Below, one piece after another: positions 35,735-46,200 of a stretch of DNA of 64,000 nucleotides; positions within the stretch are counted from its first letter, which is position 1, and every line of letters begins with the position of its first letter. The notes under the pieces are model-generated. The model saw only the letters and a program-made list of their open reading frames with translations. It ran no database searches and was not told where the DNA came from. The translations under genes were made by a program, and so were the position numbers. This stretch comes from an uncultured virus (IMG/VR IMGVR_UViG_3300025141_000033) (taxonomy: Duplodnaviria; Heunggongvirae; Uroviricota; Caudoviricetes): the IMG/VR virus record IMGVR_UViG_3300025141_000033; one strand, written 5' to 3'.

Positions 35735-36373
35735 TTAAAAGATAACGTCAGCAATTCCTAATCTAACTGCTTCCTCTGCATCTAAATAGATGTTTACCTT
35801 TCTTTCTAGCATTTTACGGACCTGAGATTCTGTCATTTTTGTATTTTCAACCAGAACTCTCGTGTAATCTTGCTGTAGGGTCTCGATGGCTTCCATCTCG
35901 TTGAGGAGATTGTGAAGTGGTCCATGAGAACCGGCGATAACTGAGTGTATCATAACGCGGCAGTTCGCTCCGATGAATCTTCGACCCTTCGTACCACCTG
36001 CGAGAAGCAAGACGCCTGCGGACATGACCTTGCCGACACCGATGGTGTGGATCTCCGAGGAGTGCTGGACAACGCGCATAATATCGTAAAGTGCGAACAT
36101 GTCGTCGGCGGATCCGCCGTATGTGGACAAATAGAACTTAATGGGCTTGATCGCCTTGGGGTCTTTTGCCATCTTGTTAAGTTCGTTGAGATAGATCATA
36201 GCCTGCACGATTTCGGCGACCTTCTCTTCACGCACATCTGAAAATAGTCCAACATTTCTCAGATCGGGTTCTGCCAGCATCGCTCTAAGCATCGATTGAT
36301 CGACCGAGACGGGTCCAGCCTCTGTATCACCAAGAACTCTCTTTACTACCTTGTCAGTTAAACTTTTGATCAT
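35735..36373 (-). CDS. clpP: ClpP-like protease
   Basis: 'STYGG', 'GKVMSAG', 'VMIHS', 'YLDAEEAVRLGIADVI'. Confidence 0.9.
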   Translation of the reverse strand: MIKSLTDKVVKRVLGDTEAGPVSVDQSMLRAMLAEPDLRNVGLFSDVREEKVAEIVQAMIYLNELNKMAKDPKAIKPIKFYLSTYGGSADDMFALYDIMRVVQHSSEIHTIGVGKVMSAGVLLLAGGTKGRRFIGANCRVMIHSVIAGSHGPLHNLLNEMEAIETLQQDYTRVLVENTKMTESQVRKMLERKVNIYLDAEEAVRLGIADVIF

Positions 36374-36374
36374 T

Positions 36375-36794
36375 TTAGCTTCCCTCCTTGTCTTCTAAAA
36401 ACAGGGCCTCGATAAATGCCCTATTATTACTTAGGTAGTTCATTGCTGAATCCCAATTGTCAAAATCAACCAAATTTGAGAAGGCGGGTGGGTGGGAATC
36501 GATGATATTTTGAATAGACTTCTCTCGGAAAACATCGATTTTTGTTTCGAACTCGTTTTTGTAGACTGCGATCTCAGCCTCGGGGCTCTCGGACTCCAAC
36601 ATTGCTTTGACCGTGATCCCACGAGCGTAATATAGGTCCTCCATCACTCGGGCAAGAGCGACGAGTGAAACCAAGTGCGTCATTCTCAGCAATATGACAC
36701 TAAGCCGAGTAGACTTAAAATAATAAAACGTTTGACATGTTACATATCCAAATATGAATAGCAGCACATATAGCATCGTCTGAATGGTGAACAT
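36375..36794 (-). CDS. membrane hypothetical protein
   Basis: N-terminal TM; promoter 36855-36883. Confidence 0.7.
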   Translation of the reverse strand: MFTIQTMLYVLLFIFGYVTCQTFYYFKSTRLSVILLRMTHLVSLVALARVMEDLYYARGITVKAMLESESPEAEIAVYKNEFETKIDVFREKSIQNIIDSHPPAFSNLVDFDNWDSAMNYLSNNRAFIEALFLEDKEGS

Positions 36795-36886
36795 GTATCC
36801 CTTTTCATTTCATTATAAAAGTATACCATCAAGCGTTTAAGCACCTGATGGTATATTATATCTCTTTAAGATGTACTTGTCAAGTA

Positions 36887-37597
36887 TTATTTGGTCAAGC
36901 GTTCAAAAATGCTATTGGCGATCTTGTCAGCAATCTGATCCTTCTTGGAAGCATCCTGGAGGCGAGCCATGACGCGCTTGGCGACTTCGTTAACAACAGC
37001 AGCGTTGTTCTCGTACATATCGCGTGCGGCTGGGGCTTCTTCCAGTTCCTCTTCCTCTTCTTCCTCGGCAGGAACTTCTTCAAGCTCTACCTCGGGAGCC
37101 ATATCGACATCCATGGTCATCTCTTCTTCAGCGGACAAGGGTTCTTCTACTGGAGCAAGCTGTGTGTCACCTCCTTCAACTTCTCCCATTCCACCTTCTT
37201 GTTCGACTTCCATCTCAATACCAAGAGCGTCTGAAAGTCCCTGTGCGAAACTCTCAAGCTCTGCAGCAAGAGCGTCTTCAACGGCTGCCTTAGCGTCGCC
37301 ATCGAGGACTGCGGGTTCGGGCTCATCGCCCAACTCCAAGTCAGCATCCATTTCCATGTCTGCGTCCATTTCCATTTCGTCACCCATTTCGACTTCGTCT
37401 GCATCCATTTCGGCTTCTTCACCGTCGGGGGCAAGGTCAGCCTCTGGGCCCATTTCAATCTCTTCGTCCTCTTCATCTTCGAGGACTTCCACTATTTCTT
37501 CCTCAAGATCTTGGATCTCTTCGGAAATAGCACCAAGGTTTGCAAGCTTCATAAAGCGGCGAACCTCACCTTCAGTTAACAAAGTCTTCCGGGCCAT
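36887..37597 (-). CDS. highly acidic protein (scaffold/internal head protein-like)
   Basis: Glu/Asp/Met-rich low complexity; 'LLTEGEVRRFMKLANL', 'VNEVAKRVMARL'. Confidence 0.75.
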   Translation of the reverse strand: MARKTLLTEGEVRRFMKLANLGAISEEIQDLEEEIVEVLEDEEDEEIEMGPEADLAPDGEEAEMDADEVEMGDEMEMDADMEMDADLELGDEPEPAVLDGDAKAAVEDALAAELESFAQGLSDALGIEMEVEQEGGMGEVEGGDTQLAPVEEPLSAEEEMTMDVDMAPEVELEEVPAEEEEEEELEEAPAARDMYENNAAVVNEVAKRVMARLQDASKKDQIADKIANSIFERLTK

Positions 37598-37672
37598 TTT
37601 CTTTCTCCTATAAGCGTATAGCTAAAAACTCAAATATAAATAGTAACACATTTCATAAATACCCTAAAAAAC

Positions 37673-37999
37673 CTATTCGTTCAGCAGGGTACGGGTTTTA
37701 AGACGTGCAAGTGCCTTTTTCTCTATTTGTTTCACTCTCGCAAATGAAATCCCTAAGCGTGCGGCAACCTCTCTCAAGGTCATCGCCCCGTTCTCGTAAA
37801 CGGATATCAGCGTGCAGTTTTTGTCTTCTTTAAAATCTATCCATTTCCTGCAAGTGACCTGTTTACAGAGAGTGCCATTCTGTTTACAAGATCTTGCACA
37901 GGCTAACAGCCCATCTGACTTGGGCAGAGCTGAGCGGGTTCTTAATTCGGTATCCCCTTCTTCTGCGAGGAGGGCGAACCAATCCGTTGATTTACTCAT
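37673..37999 (-). CDS. stand-alone sigma70 region-4-like HTH protein with Cys-rich N-terminus
   Basis: 'MTLREVAARLGISFARVKQIEKKALARLK'; Cys cluster CxxxC..C..C..C. Confidence 0.8.
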   Translation of the reverse strand: MSKSTDWFALLAEEGDTELRTRSALPKSDGLLACARSCKQNGTLCKQVTCRKWIDFKEDKNCTLISVYENGAMTLREVAARLGISFARVKQIEKKALARLKTRTLLNE

Positions 38000-38331
38000 A
38001 GGTCTGGATGCTCCTGTTCTATTAGATCGAAGATGTTTTCCACCTCTCCCTCATTGAGCCCCATGCTCTTCATAAGCTTCTTCCCCTTGTCGTGGAGCTT
38101 CTTGGACTTCTTTTTTCTATCCTTCGAGAGTTTTACATTAACCTCATCAAGGTATCCTTGCAATCGTTCATCACCTTCAATGTATCCTGTTATCATATGC
38201 CGGAAGAAGGCTGATTGGGTCAACTTGTCGTGCCTCAATCGAACCAATAACTTGGCGTGGCGATGATCATTGTCCATAAAAACAAACCGCTTGGTTAGCT
38301 TTCCGTAGTCTACGTCAGAGGACATCACCAC
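37996..38331 (-). CDS. putative ribbon-helix-helix DNA-binding protein
   Basis: 'KRFVFMD..RHAKLLVRL...LTQSAFFRHMITGYI'. Confidence 0.5.
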   Translation of the reverse strand: MVMSSDVDYGKLTKRFVFMDNDHRHAKLLVRLRHDKLTQSAFFRHMITGYIEGDERLQGYLDEVNVKLSKDRKKKSKKLHDKGKKLMKSMGLNEGEVENIFDLIEQEHPDL

Positions 38332-39362
38332 GACCTCGTTAAAATATGAGTCCCGCTTTCCGACTGGCCAGCTGCTGTCTGGCGGATAAACTCTGCCTTA
38401 AGGTGCATCTCCTCGATGCTTCGGGCTCCTGAGTAGGAAAAGCCAGAGCGGATGCCGCGTTCAAGGTCAGATAAGATGGGACGAACAGAACCTCTATAGG
38501 GGATCTGGGTGGCCACACCCTCATGAGAGGAGAACTTGCCCTTCCATTCAACCTGAGCCTCTTTCGACGCCATTCCTCGATAATCCTTGAAACGGCTGCC
38601 ATCAAGGTTCTCGAAGACCTTACCGGGGCTCTCATCGGTACCCGCCAAAAGCGAGCCACACATAACAGCATGGGCTCCTGCCGCGAGTGCCTTGACCACA
38701 TCACCAGAGTTGCGGATTCCCCCATCGGCGATGATTGTCACATCGCGAGCGGTGCGAGAACAATCAAAAATGGTCTGCAGCCCTGGGATCCCGTGTCCGG
38801 TTTGAATTCTTGTTGAGCAGATTGAGCCCCCGCCAATGTTGCACCGAACAGAGTCAGCACCCCAATCTGCCAGATCATTAATCCCCTCAAGGGTGGCTAC
38901 ATTGCCAGCCATAATATGGAGGTCGTCACCAATGTCCTTACGAAGACTGTAAAGCGCCTCTTTCATCGCGATATGATGCCCATGGGCTACGTCAACACAT
39001 AGGAAGGTGGCACCAGCATCGACGAGTCCTGCTGCCCTCTCAAGAAAGTCGCCTGTAATTCCAATGGCAGCTCCAACCTTGGGGATGGTACCGCCGGATA
39101 GGGTATAGGTCATATCGATTTGGCGAACTTGCTCTTCAATGTTGTTGTATCGATGGATGACGGCTGCGCCACCATATTGCCACATCGTGTGTGCCATCGG
39201 GGATTCTGATACAGTGTCCATGGGAGAAGCAATGACCGGAAAGTCCAGCGTCAGACCGTTGCCAAGATCGGCAGTTACATCAACTTCGGAGCGAGACCGA
39301 ATATCAGAGTATTGCGGTACGAGCAGAACGTCGTCATATGATAGGGTGGGCTTGGTGTTCAT
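38325..39362 (-). CDS. guaB: IMP dehydrogenase / GMP reductase family (no CBS domains)
   Basis: [44 protein letters not shown]. Confidence 0.92.
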   Translation of the reverse strand: MNTKPTLSYDDVLLVPQYSDIRSRSEVDVTADLGNGLTLDFPVIASPMDTVSESPMAHTMWQYGGAAVIHRYNNIEEQVRQIDMTYTLSGGTIPKVGAAIGITGDFLERAAGLVDAGATFLCVDVAHGHHIAMKEALYSLRKDIGDDLHIMAGNVATLEGINDLADWGADSVRCNIGGGSICSTRIQTGHGIPGLQTIFDCSRTARDVTIIADGGIRNSGDVVKALAAGAHAVMCGSLLAGTDESPGKVFENLDGSRFKDYRGMASKEAQVEWKGKFSSHEGVATQIPYRGSVRPILSDLERGIRSGFSYSGARSIEEMHLKAEFIRQTAAGQSESGTHILTRSW

Positions 39363-39724
39363 TGGTTTTCCTTATTCTCAATAAATTTTCTCATATCAAT
39401 TCTTCTATACCATGTGTCGTCGTGGGGGTTCATTGGTTCTTCCATCACGCGAATTTTTGAGTGATGGGTCCCAGTTCGAACTTCGATTAATGTTGGAACT
39501 CCGTTAAATTTTAATCGCTTTTCTATTTGCGGGTAATCGTTGACATTGAAGGCAAAAAACTCAACATCGGGATATTGCGCGGGGAGTTCAGCATAGTGCT
39601 CTTGCAAGTTGTGACAAAGATGACAGCTATTTGTGTAAAACTTGATAATACATGTTGCCGGGCGGTCCACTTTGCCCTCGATTATCTGCCGAAGAGACTC
39701 GACAGTGAGGCGCTCAATCGGCAT
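39359..39724 (-). CDS. thioredoxin-like protein
   Basis: KFYTNSCHLC, GVPT. Confidence 0.85.
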   Translation of the reverse strand: MPIERLTVESLRQIIEGKVDRPATCIIKFYTNSCHLCHNLQEHYAELPAQYPDVEFFAFNVNDYPQIEKRLKFNGVPTLIEVRTGTHHSKIRVMEEPMNPHDDTWYRRIDMRKFIENKENQ

Positions 39725-40178
39725 CGACTTCCGCAGCCTCAGTTTCGAGTTCAATTAGGCGTTCAAGATACCAGCGTGCCTTCTTGAGATCGCGGAGGGG
39801 GGTGCCCTTGTGAGAGTGGCGCGAGACATATTTGACGACATTGCCGGCATGGAAACCCAATCCCCAATCTTCAATAATGTCGATGACCTCGTGGGTGCCC
39901 TGGTTGTAGTGCGTTGGGTGGTCAACGAGACTGGTCTTCGAGCATCGGCGACTGCAGCCCGGGGGCAATACGGGAGAGGATGGGGAAAATGCGGGAGCCG
40001 CGGGGGAGGCGCGCTCAAGGTGTTCGGCGTACTCCTTTGCTACTTCGGATGTGTCTGGCTCCTGTGTTTTCAGGTCGTCGTCGTCGAAGTTCTCGAATGG
40101 ATCGAGCTGCTGCTGTTCAGTTCGCGCAGGTTCGTCCTTGGTTACGTTAAATTTAATCTTCCAATTATCATCGGTCAT
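39714..40178 (-). CDS. DUF3310-domain protein
   Basis: 'VDHPTHY...GF..GNVVKYVSR..HKG...DLKKARWYL'. Confidence 0.88.
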   Translation of the reverse strand: MTDDNWKIKFNVTKDEPARTEQQQLDPFENFDDDDLKTQEPDTSEVAKEYAEHLERASPAAPAFSPSSPVLPPGCSRRCSKTSLVDHPTHYNQGTHEVIDIIEDWGLGFHAGNVVKYVSRHSHKGTPLRDLKKARWYLERLIELETEAAEVDAD

Positions 40179-40425
40179 TTTCTAAAACCTCCTTAGTTTT
40201 GTTAATGCACTGCGGGCAGAATAGCCTAACCGCTTGTTCTTCTTCTCTAACTGTGACTGTCCATTCCATTGCCATTTGGCGATTCTTGCGGTCGAATGGC
40301 TCTGTGCAAGCGCTGCAAGCCTCCGGCAAGTGGTCGAAGAGGGAAATTTTTTCGGCGAGGGCTTTTTCTTCTTGCGAAGCCTTCTTCATCATCTTCTCTC
40401 TTGCGCGCCGCTGCTGCCGGTTCAT
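40168..40425 (-). CDS. small zinc-ribbon protein
   Basis: MNRQQRR, CSAC...CPQC. Confidence 0.75.
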   Translation of the reverse strand: MNRQQRRAREKMMKKASQEEKALAEKISLFDHLPEACSACTEPFDRKNRQMAMEWTVTVREEEQAVRLFCPQCINKTKEVLENDR

Positions 40426-40841
40426 CCTGTTGTCCCCCTGTATTTACACTCACACATTATTTCTCGCAAGTAGACCCCCTCCGGATAAGTTTCAAGCTCA
40501 ACCTCCCAACATTCTGCGTGCTCGGCATCGTCTGGTTCACTAACATGAAAGATAATAGATGCTTCGGCGGACGTAGCGTCCAAAGGAATAGCCCTGTAAG
40601 CGTTAGGGGGGAGGAATTCCCACGAAGAGAGCATATACATATCGCTAATAGAAACGTCGTATACCAATAACTGCTCTGAATATGCTGCGTCAGGGTGGGC
40701 GTTATTGAAACAGACACAAAAGTCAAGCTTATCTGAATACCACCACTTATCCTCGAATGCCACTCTCTCAAGTACTCCGGTATCACCAAAATTTGGCATA
40801 CACGATAGCATCAAAGGTAAAAATAGCGAAAAAGCCCTCAT
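40422..40841 (-). CDS. putative lipoprotein (paralog of 9616-9963)
   Basis: MRAFSLFLPLMLSC, DTG, terminal CxC. Confidence 0.7.
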   Translation of the reverse strand: MRAFSLFLPLMLSCMPNFGDTGVLERVAFEDKWWYSDKLDFCVCFNNAHPDAAYSEQLLVYDVSISDMYMLSSWEFLPPNAYRAIPLDATSAEASIIFHVSEPDDAEHAECWEVELETYPEGVYLREIMCECKYRGTTG

Positions 40842-41308
40842 CTATTCATCGCTCCAACAATCTGTTGTCGGTTAGCGCTGTTGAACACGGCGACCATAGA
40901 TGGGAATGGGGCACAATTTTGGGCTGAGCCGAACTTGAGGCGACCCTTAACGAAATAAATCTCGCTTGCCTTTAAAATATAGTTATGAAAGTACTTTGTA
41001 TCTGTTCTCGCGGGACATAAAAGCACTACGGTAGTATCCGGCTTAAGAGATTCTTCATAGCACTTGCGGGCCCAACCCTTCATATTGTCGTATGGAGGAT
41101 TCACAAACACTGTGTGCCCTCCCCAGTCTTGTGCCAGCCCATCATCAGATTCTGTAAAATACTTGGCGCACTTTGCGTTGTCTTCTGATGAGCAGGGGTC
41201 CAGATCAAAGGGTCCCATCATCCAGTCCAACTTACTAAAGAAGTCCTGCGGGGTTGCCCATTTGCCTGTCTTTGACGAGAACATTAAGTCTTGTGTCGAC
41301 TTGTTCAT
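40838..41308 (-). CDS. phage-type N6-adenine DNA methyltransferase
   Basis: W.TP, FDLDPC, DGL.Q.W, FVNPPY, PARTDT, GRLKF, APFPS. Confidence 0.93.
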   Translation of the reverse strand: MNKSTQDLMFSSKTGKWATPQDFFSKLDWMMGPFDLDPCSSEDNAKCAKYFTESDDGLAQDWGGHTVFVNPPYDNMKGWARKCYEESLKPDTTVVLLCPARTDTKYFHNYILKASEIYFVKGRLKFGSAQNCAPFPSMVAVFNSANRQQIVGAMNR

Positions 41309-41553
41309 TGGGGTTGCCCGCTCAACAGCTTGTAATTGTCATAGACTTCATCAATATCAACATCACCCTTGTATAGTCGGTATGCTTTGACTGCGGCACG
41401 AAGCTCGTCAGTGTTTAGCCAACCATTCTCTCGGAACTCATCGCGAAGCTCTCGCTTCTGCTCCTTGTAAGGCTCGATGGCATGCTCAATCGCCGCCAAC
41501 GAACGGATGTATTCTACGATGTATCGCTTCTTCTCTTCTTCTGTATTGGCCAT
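41305..41553 (-). CDS. GapR/DsbA-like small dsDNA-binding protein
   Basis: 'YIVEYIRSL..IE...KEQKREL..E....G.....LRAAV' helical pattern; promoter 41585-41613. Confidence 0.55.
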   Translation of the reverse strand: MANTEEEKKRYIVEYIRSLAAIEHAIEPYKEQKRELRDEFRENGWLNTDELRAAVKAYRLYKGDVDIDEVYDNYKLLSGQPQ

Positions 41554-41632
41554 TTTTTCGGCTCTCCTTTTTAGTTACTCTGTTATAGTAACAGATGTTG
41601 GTGGTTTAGTCAAGCGGTTTTTGAAAGTATTT

Positions 41633-42376
41633 TTATATTTCTTCTGTCGCGACTTCTTTCTCAATGAAGTCAATACCGTATGCTCGTGTGAGGTACTGCT
41701 TAACAAGAAAGTCTCTCTGTTCGTCAGTTTCTGATTCTGAAAACACATAATTATATGTTTGCTTCTCTTGGGAAAGTTCGTGCTTGAGTTCTTTTAACTC
41801 TTTCTTCATCCAGCGGGTTTGTTGGCGGTAGTTTTTCGGTGTCTTCACCCTGTATCTCTCGGCGAGGTCTACAAGAATAAAATATCTTCTTTTCTCATAC
41901 GAAGATCTTGCTGCTTGAAACTCCTCCGTCATTTCACTCTTTTCTTCTTCTGTGAAGTCTCCGGCCTCCAACTTGTCCGGGTGTAATAGTAAGGCGAGCT
42001 TCTTGAAAACTACTTTAAATGATTCGTGGATCTCCCGCTCGTCTTGCGTCATCTCATATTCTGTTTCGACTATTTCTTCGCTTTCTTCTTCGGCATCTAC
42101 TCTTATATCGTCTTCTTTTAGAGCGATCTCAGTCATTGAAGGGTCTTCGCCCTCTGCGGCTGCTTCAGCTGCCTCTTGTTCTCGACGCTGTTCGTCGGCA
42201 TGCTGCTGGTGTATGGACTCCATATCGATATTGTACCTCTCGCAAACCTCTTCGCAATACTCGCCAAAGTCACGACTAGCCTCTTCAGATATGCCCTTAA
42301 CACAGTCCATTTCTGTATGGACGTATCTTAACTCGTTGATAAGGCGTTTCCATTTAAGTTTGTCGCTTGCAGCCAC
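41633..42376 (-). CDS. J-domain (DnaJ-like) protein
   Basis: 'FKKLALLLHPDKL...FQAARSSYE'. Confidence 0.8.
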   Translation of the reverse strand: MAASDKLKWKRLINELRYVHTEMDCVKGISEEASRDFGEYCEEVCERYNIDMESIHQQHADEQRREQEAAEAAAEGEDPSMTEIALKEDDIRVDAEEESEEIVETEYEMTQDEREIHESFKVVFKKLALLLHPDKLEAGDFTEEEKSEMTEEFQAARSSYEKRRYFILVDLAERYRVKTPKNYRQQTRWMKKELKELKHELSQEKQTYNYVFSESETDEQRDFLVKQYLTRAYGIDFIEKEVATEEI

Positions 42377-42425
42377 TACTCATCCTCCACATTAAGTAGT
42401 ACTATGGAGGATGAGCGGCGGGCGA

Positions 42426-42593
42426 TCAGCGGCGCTTGCCTTGTCCGCGATACCGCTTGCGATACCCCTTGTTAGCCCCATTGGGACCCGGCTGGCGCCA
42501 CTTGGTTCTATCGGAGTTGCCGATAGATGTCTTCTTCTTGCGCTTTGGGGCTCCATTGGCTCCCACGCTGTTGCTCTTTTTTGTCTTTGCCAT
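42426..42593 (-). CDS. small basic protein (55 aa)
   Basis: Manual translation MAKTKKSNSVGANGAPKRKKKTSIGNSDRTKWRQPGPNGANKGYRKRYRGQGKRR*; SD GGAGG. Confidence 0.75.
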   Translation of the reverse strand: MAKTKKSNSVGANGAPKRKKKTSIGNSDRTKWRQPGPNGANKGYRKRYRGQGKRR

Positions 42594-42609
42594 TGTAGTT
42601 CTTTACCTC

Positions 42610-43215
42610 CTATTTGAAATCAAAACTAACTTTAACTGAAATCTTCATTTCAGGAATGTGTGTGTGGTTTGTTAAGTTGTGCTTTCTGCACTCGTCTATT
42701 TCCAAGAACCAGTCTGCATGACCCTTGTCATGGACTATGTCTAAGAAATAATCTTTGTGATGTCCGCAGTTTTCTGCCATCATCGTATATATCTTTTGAT
42801 TCAGTCTCTCGGTCTCAGCTGCATCCGCTTTAATCTCCTCGACCTTACCCCATCCCATCGAGCTAACATCGTGAATCATCACTGTGGCGTGGGGGTCCAT
42901 ATACCGGTGACCCTCTGCGCCAAAGCTAAACAAGATGGCTCCGCAAGACATAGCCTTGCCCTGAACGATAGTCGCGACTGGGATTTTCGAGTGTTGGATA
43001 TCTGAGATCATAGACATAAGACTATAAACTTGTCCGCCGTAACTATCGATAATAACGGGAATAATGGGTTGGCCTGTATTCTGCGCTTTTGCCATCTCTA
43101 CCGAGAAAGTCTTAGCCATATCTTCCGTAAACTTTCTCACACGGATGACGGTGGGAAGATCGTCGATAAGTTCATTGTCTTTTAAAAGCGGGCTCTTGTA
43201 TTTGATCACGTTCAT
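42610..43215 (-). CDS. clpP: second ClpP-like protease
   Basis: 'IDSYGG', 'GKAMSCG', 'VMIHD'. Confidence 0.88.
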   Translation of the reverse strand: MNVIKYKSPLLKDNELIDDLPTVIRVRKFTEDMAKTFSVEMAKAQNTGQPIIPVIIDSYGGQVYSLMSMISDIQHSKIPVATIVQGKAMSCGAILFSFGAEGHRYMDPHATVMIHDVSSMGWGKVEEIKADAAETERLNQKIYTMMAENCGHHKDYFLDIVHDKGHADWFLEIDECRKHNLTNHTHIPEMKISVKVSFDFK

Positions 43216-43222
43216 GGTTTAT

Positions 43223-46200
43223 TTATCCTAATAGTTTGAATGTTCTGCCGATGGCGTATGTTGAGAATCCCCAATTTTCGTCGTAGTTTAAACGAGCCAA
43301 GTAGGGTTTATTGAGGTAGATACGATCTTTCCCTGGCTTGATTCCCCAACACCTAATTTTAGTTAGTTCGCTATTGGAATCTATGACCTCTACGATCCAG
43401 TAATCTTTTCCTTTTTTTGTCTTTCTCGGAATGACGGCGCGAGGAATAAACCAACACACACTCAACTCGGGATCAAATTCTGAAATTGGTGGGATATATT
43501 TTTCTCTCAACTCTTGAACGACACTCTCGCCAATCACCAGATTAAGAGGGAACACACCAGTTAAGTCAGTTTTAAACTGGATAATCTCTTCCTCTGAAAA
43601 GTCGCCTTCTGGCTTATAAAGTTCGAGATTCTCACTAAACTTTTTGATGCTCTTAGGTCTATCGACGATGCAAGCGGACCAGAAGTGCTTTCGTCCAGTG
43701 AACCTATCATCGACCAAATCGTCCAAAGCTCCTGCGCAGCAAAGAGCGTCAAGCGCCTTCTTGTTCAACTTGCTGTAGACGATCTCTTCTCGGAACAATA
43801 AATCCTCAGCGGAATCAAATGGTCGATTGCCAAAGATCTGCTCAATAGCCGACATGCCAAGCCCCTTAATAGAAGTTAGCGGCTGAATGAGAGTGCGTCC
43901 GTTCTTGCTGATCTCCCACACAATACCAGACTTGTTAATGTCCAAGGGCGCGATCTCAAAGCCGTGACTCTTGGCTGTATTGATAGCTTTTTCTTTTCTT
44001 GCCTCAGGCTCCTTGTCGAGGAAAGCAGCCGCCCACTCGGGCTTGAAATTCGTCCACAGCCAAGCACACTGATAAGAGATGATACTGTATGCCGTTGAGT
44101 GGTTCTTTGAGAACCCGTACTTGGCGAAGCCCTCCATCAATTCCCATACTTCTTCTGCGGTGCGGACTGACATACCCTTGCTGTTCGCTCCCTCAACGAA
44201 ACGCTCGCGAAAGTCGATGAGCAAATGCTCTTTTCCGGTGCCGCGCTTCGTGAGGAGCTTGCGGATAGTGTTACCATCGTCTCGGGAGATATCCTTTCCA
44301 AGCCTGTGAGTGATCTCGGAGATCTGCTCTTGGAAAATGACGTGGCCGTAACTCTCTTCTGTGATCTCCTGGAAAATGGGGTGATACCACTCGATGGCAG
44401 AGTGCCCGTCCTTGGCTGCGATATACTGCTCGTGAACCTTCGCGCTCAAAGGTCCGGGGCGGAAGATCGAAGTCACTGCAGAGATCTCGGCGATAGAACT
44501 TGGCTTGACGCTCTTACAGAACTCTTGTGCCCCATCGTTGGTAAACTGGAATGTTCCGGCGAAGTTTCCCTTGTGGAAGACGTTCTTGTATACCTTGGGA
44601 TCGTCCAGATCGAGTACATCTGGGTGGAGAGTTTTGTTATAGTATTCTCGAATCTCTGCGAAAGTTGGACTCTCAACTCCGTGGTGCCGTTTGAGGATGT
44701 GCTCAATACAGCCCTCGATCATCTTAAGAGTTGAGAGTCCGAGAAGGTCGAACTTGATAAAGCCCATCGGCTCCAAGTGGCGGACGTTTTGGCCTTCTGC
44801 CCAAGGTGCTTGACGGACGCCGCCAGAGTTGATGAGGGGCATATTGCTGTCGAGGTTCTCGGAAACGATCAAGCCCCCCGCGTGGCGGGAACATGAGCGA
44901 ACTTGCCCAACAAGCCCCTCCACGCGAGCCTTCACCTCGGGATGCTTATTCAAGAAAGACTGGAGGGTCGTGGAAAATTCCAGCACCTCCTCCCAAGTCG
45001 GGACGTAGACACCTGCGCTAATGCCATGACGGAGCTTGGCTGGACCCGTGGCTTCACGGATCATCACCGAGGTGACTGGGTTAACTTCTGTGAATGGGAT
45101 GTCGTACAGCTTGGAGATGTCCTTGACAAGCGAGCGAAGCTGAAGGGTGTTCCAGTTAGAGATTGGCGCCACGTTGTCGGCGCCCCATTTCTCGATAAGA
45201 CGCTCCTTAAGAGCCATGCTATCAGAAACATCGGTATCAATATCAGGGTAGTCGGTCGCGTCTGCTCGCAAGAACCGTTCGAAGGGGAGCTTGTACCTAA
45301 GAGGGTCAACTTGGGTAATATTCAGGGCATATGCGACGAGCGACCCAACCGCACTTCCGCGGCCTGGACCAACAAGCATTACCTCTGTTGCCTCGTCAAT
45401 AATAGCTTTCATAGTGAGGAAATACTTGCTAAAGCCGCGATCATCGATAACTCGCAGCTCGTACTTTAGCCTCTCAACGTATGTCTCGTCTTCGTGCAAC
45501 CCAAGACTTCTGAGCCCTTCCATGGAATATTTAACGAGTGCTCCGGTGGCTGTATCCCCTTCTGGCACAACAAAGTCTGGGAGTCTGACTGTTGTGTCGG
45601 GCTTAAAGTTTTCGATGCGTTCGTGAGCAATACGATGAGTTTCTTCGATGCTCCGTAGAACGAGATCATCATCATATTCATTCTTAGTCTCAGCTGAGTA
45701 CTTCTTGTACGACTCCCACATTTGATCGCCGTTCTTTGGGTAAAGCTCGTAGCCGATCTCGTCCACAGAGTCGGGAAGAAGGGAACCACCGTCCTCCTCC
45801 TCAGCCCACTTCGGCTTACCCTTACCAAGCCAGCCAAGGCGCCTATACATCTCGCGGTCACGCCAAGCATCTGGGCCAGGATAATGGCTGTCTGCAGTTG
45901 AAATGAGGGTTAGATCATACTCCTTGGCAATCTCAATGATGTACTGGTTCAACTCATGCTGCTCTGGAATGTTATTCCATTGAAGCTCGGCGTACCAGCG
46001 GTCACCGTAGATGCCGACCATCTTTTTGGTTGTTTCTCGCATTGCGGCGAGGGTGGCTTCGCGGTTGGAACCAGTGCGCTTGCCATGTTCATCGTAGGTG
46101 CTGTTCTCCCAAAAGTTTCCTGCGTATACCCCGCCGAGGCAGGCGCTAGAGGCGATGACTCCCTCGCTATACTTGGCCAAAAGTTCATAGTCCATACGAG

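Noticed and set aside
36887..37597. Tandem DNA repeat or diversity-generating region
   Set aside because: Explained by Glu/Asp/Met low-complexity coding; no reverse transcriptase or template/variable repeat pair was seen
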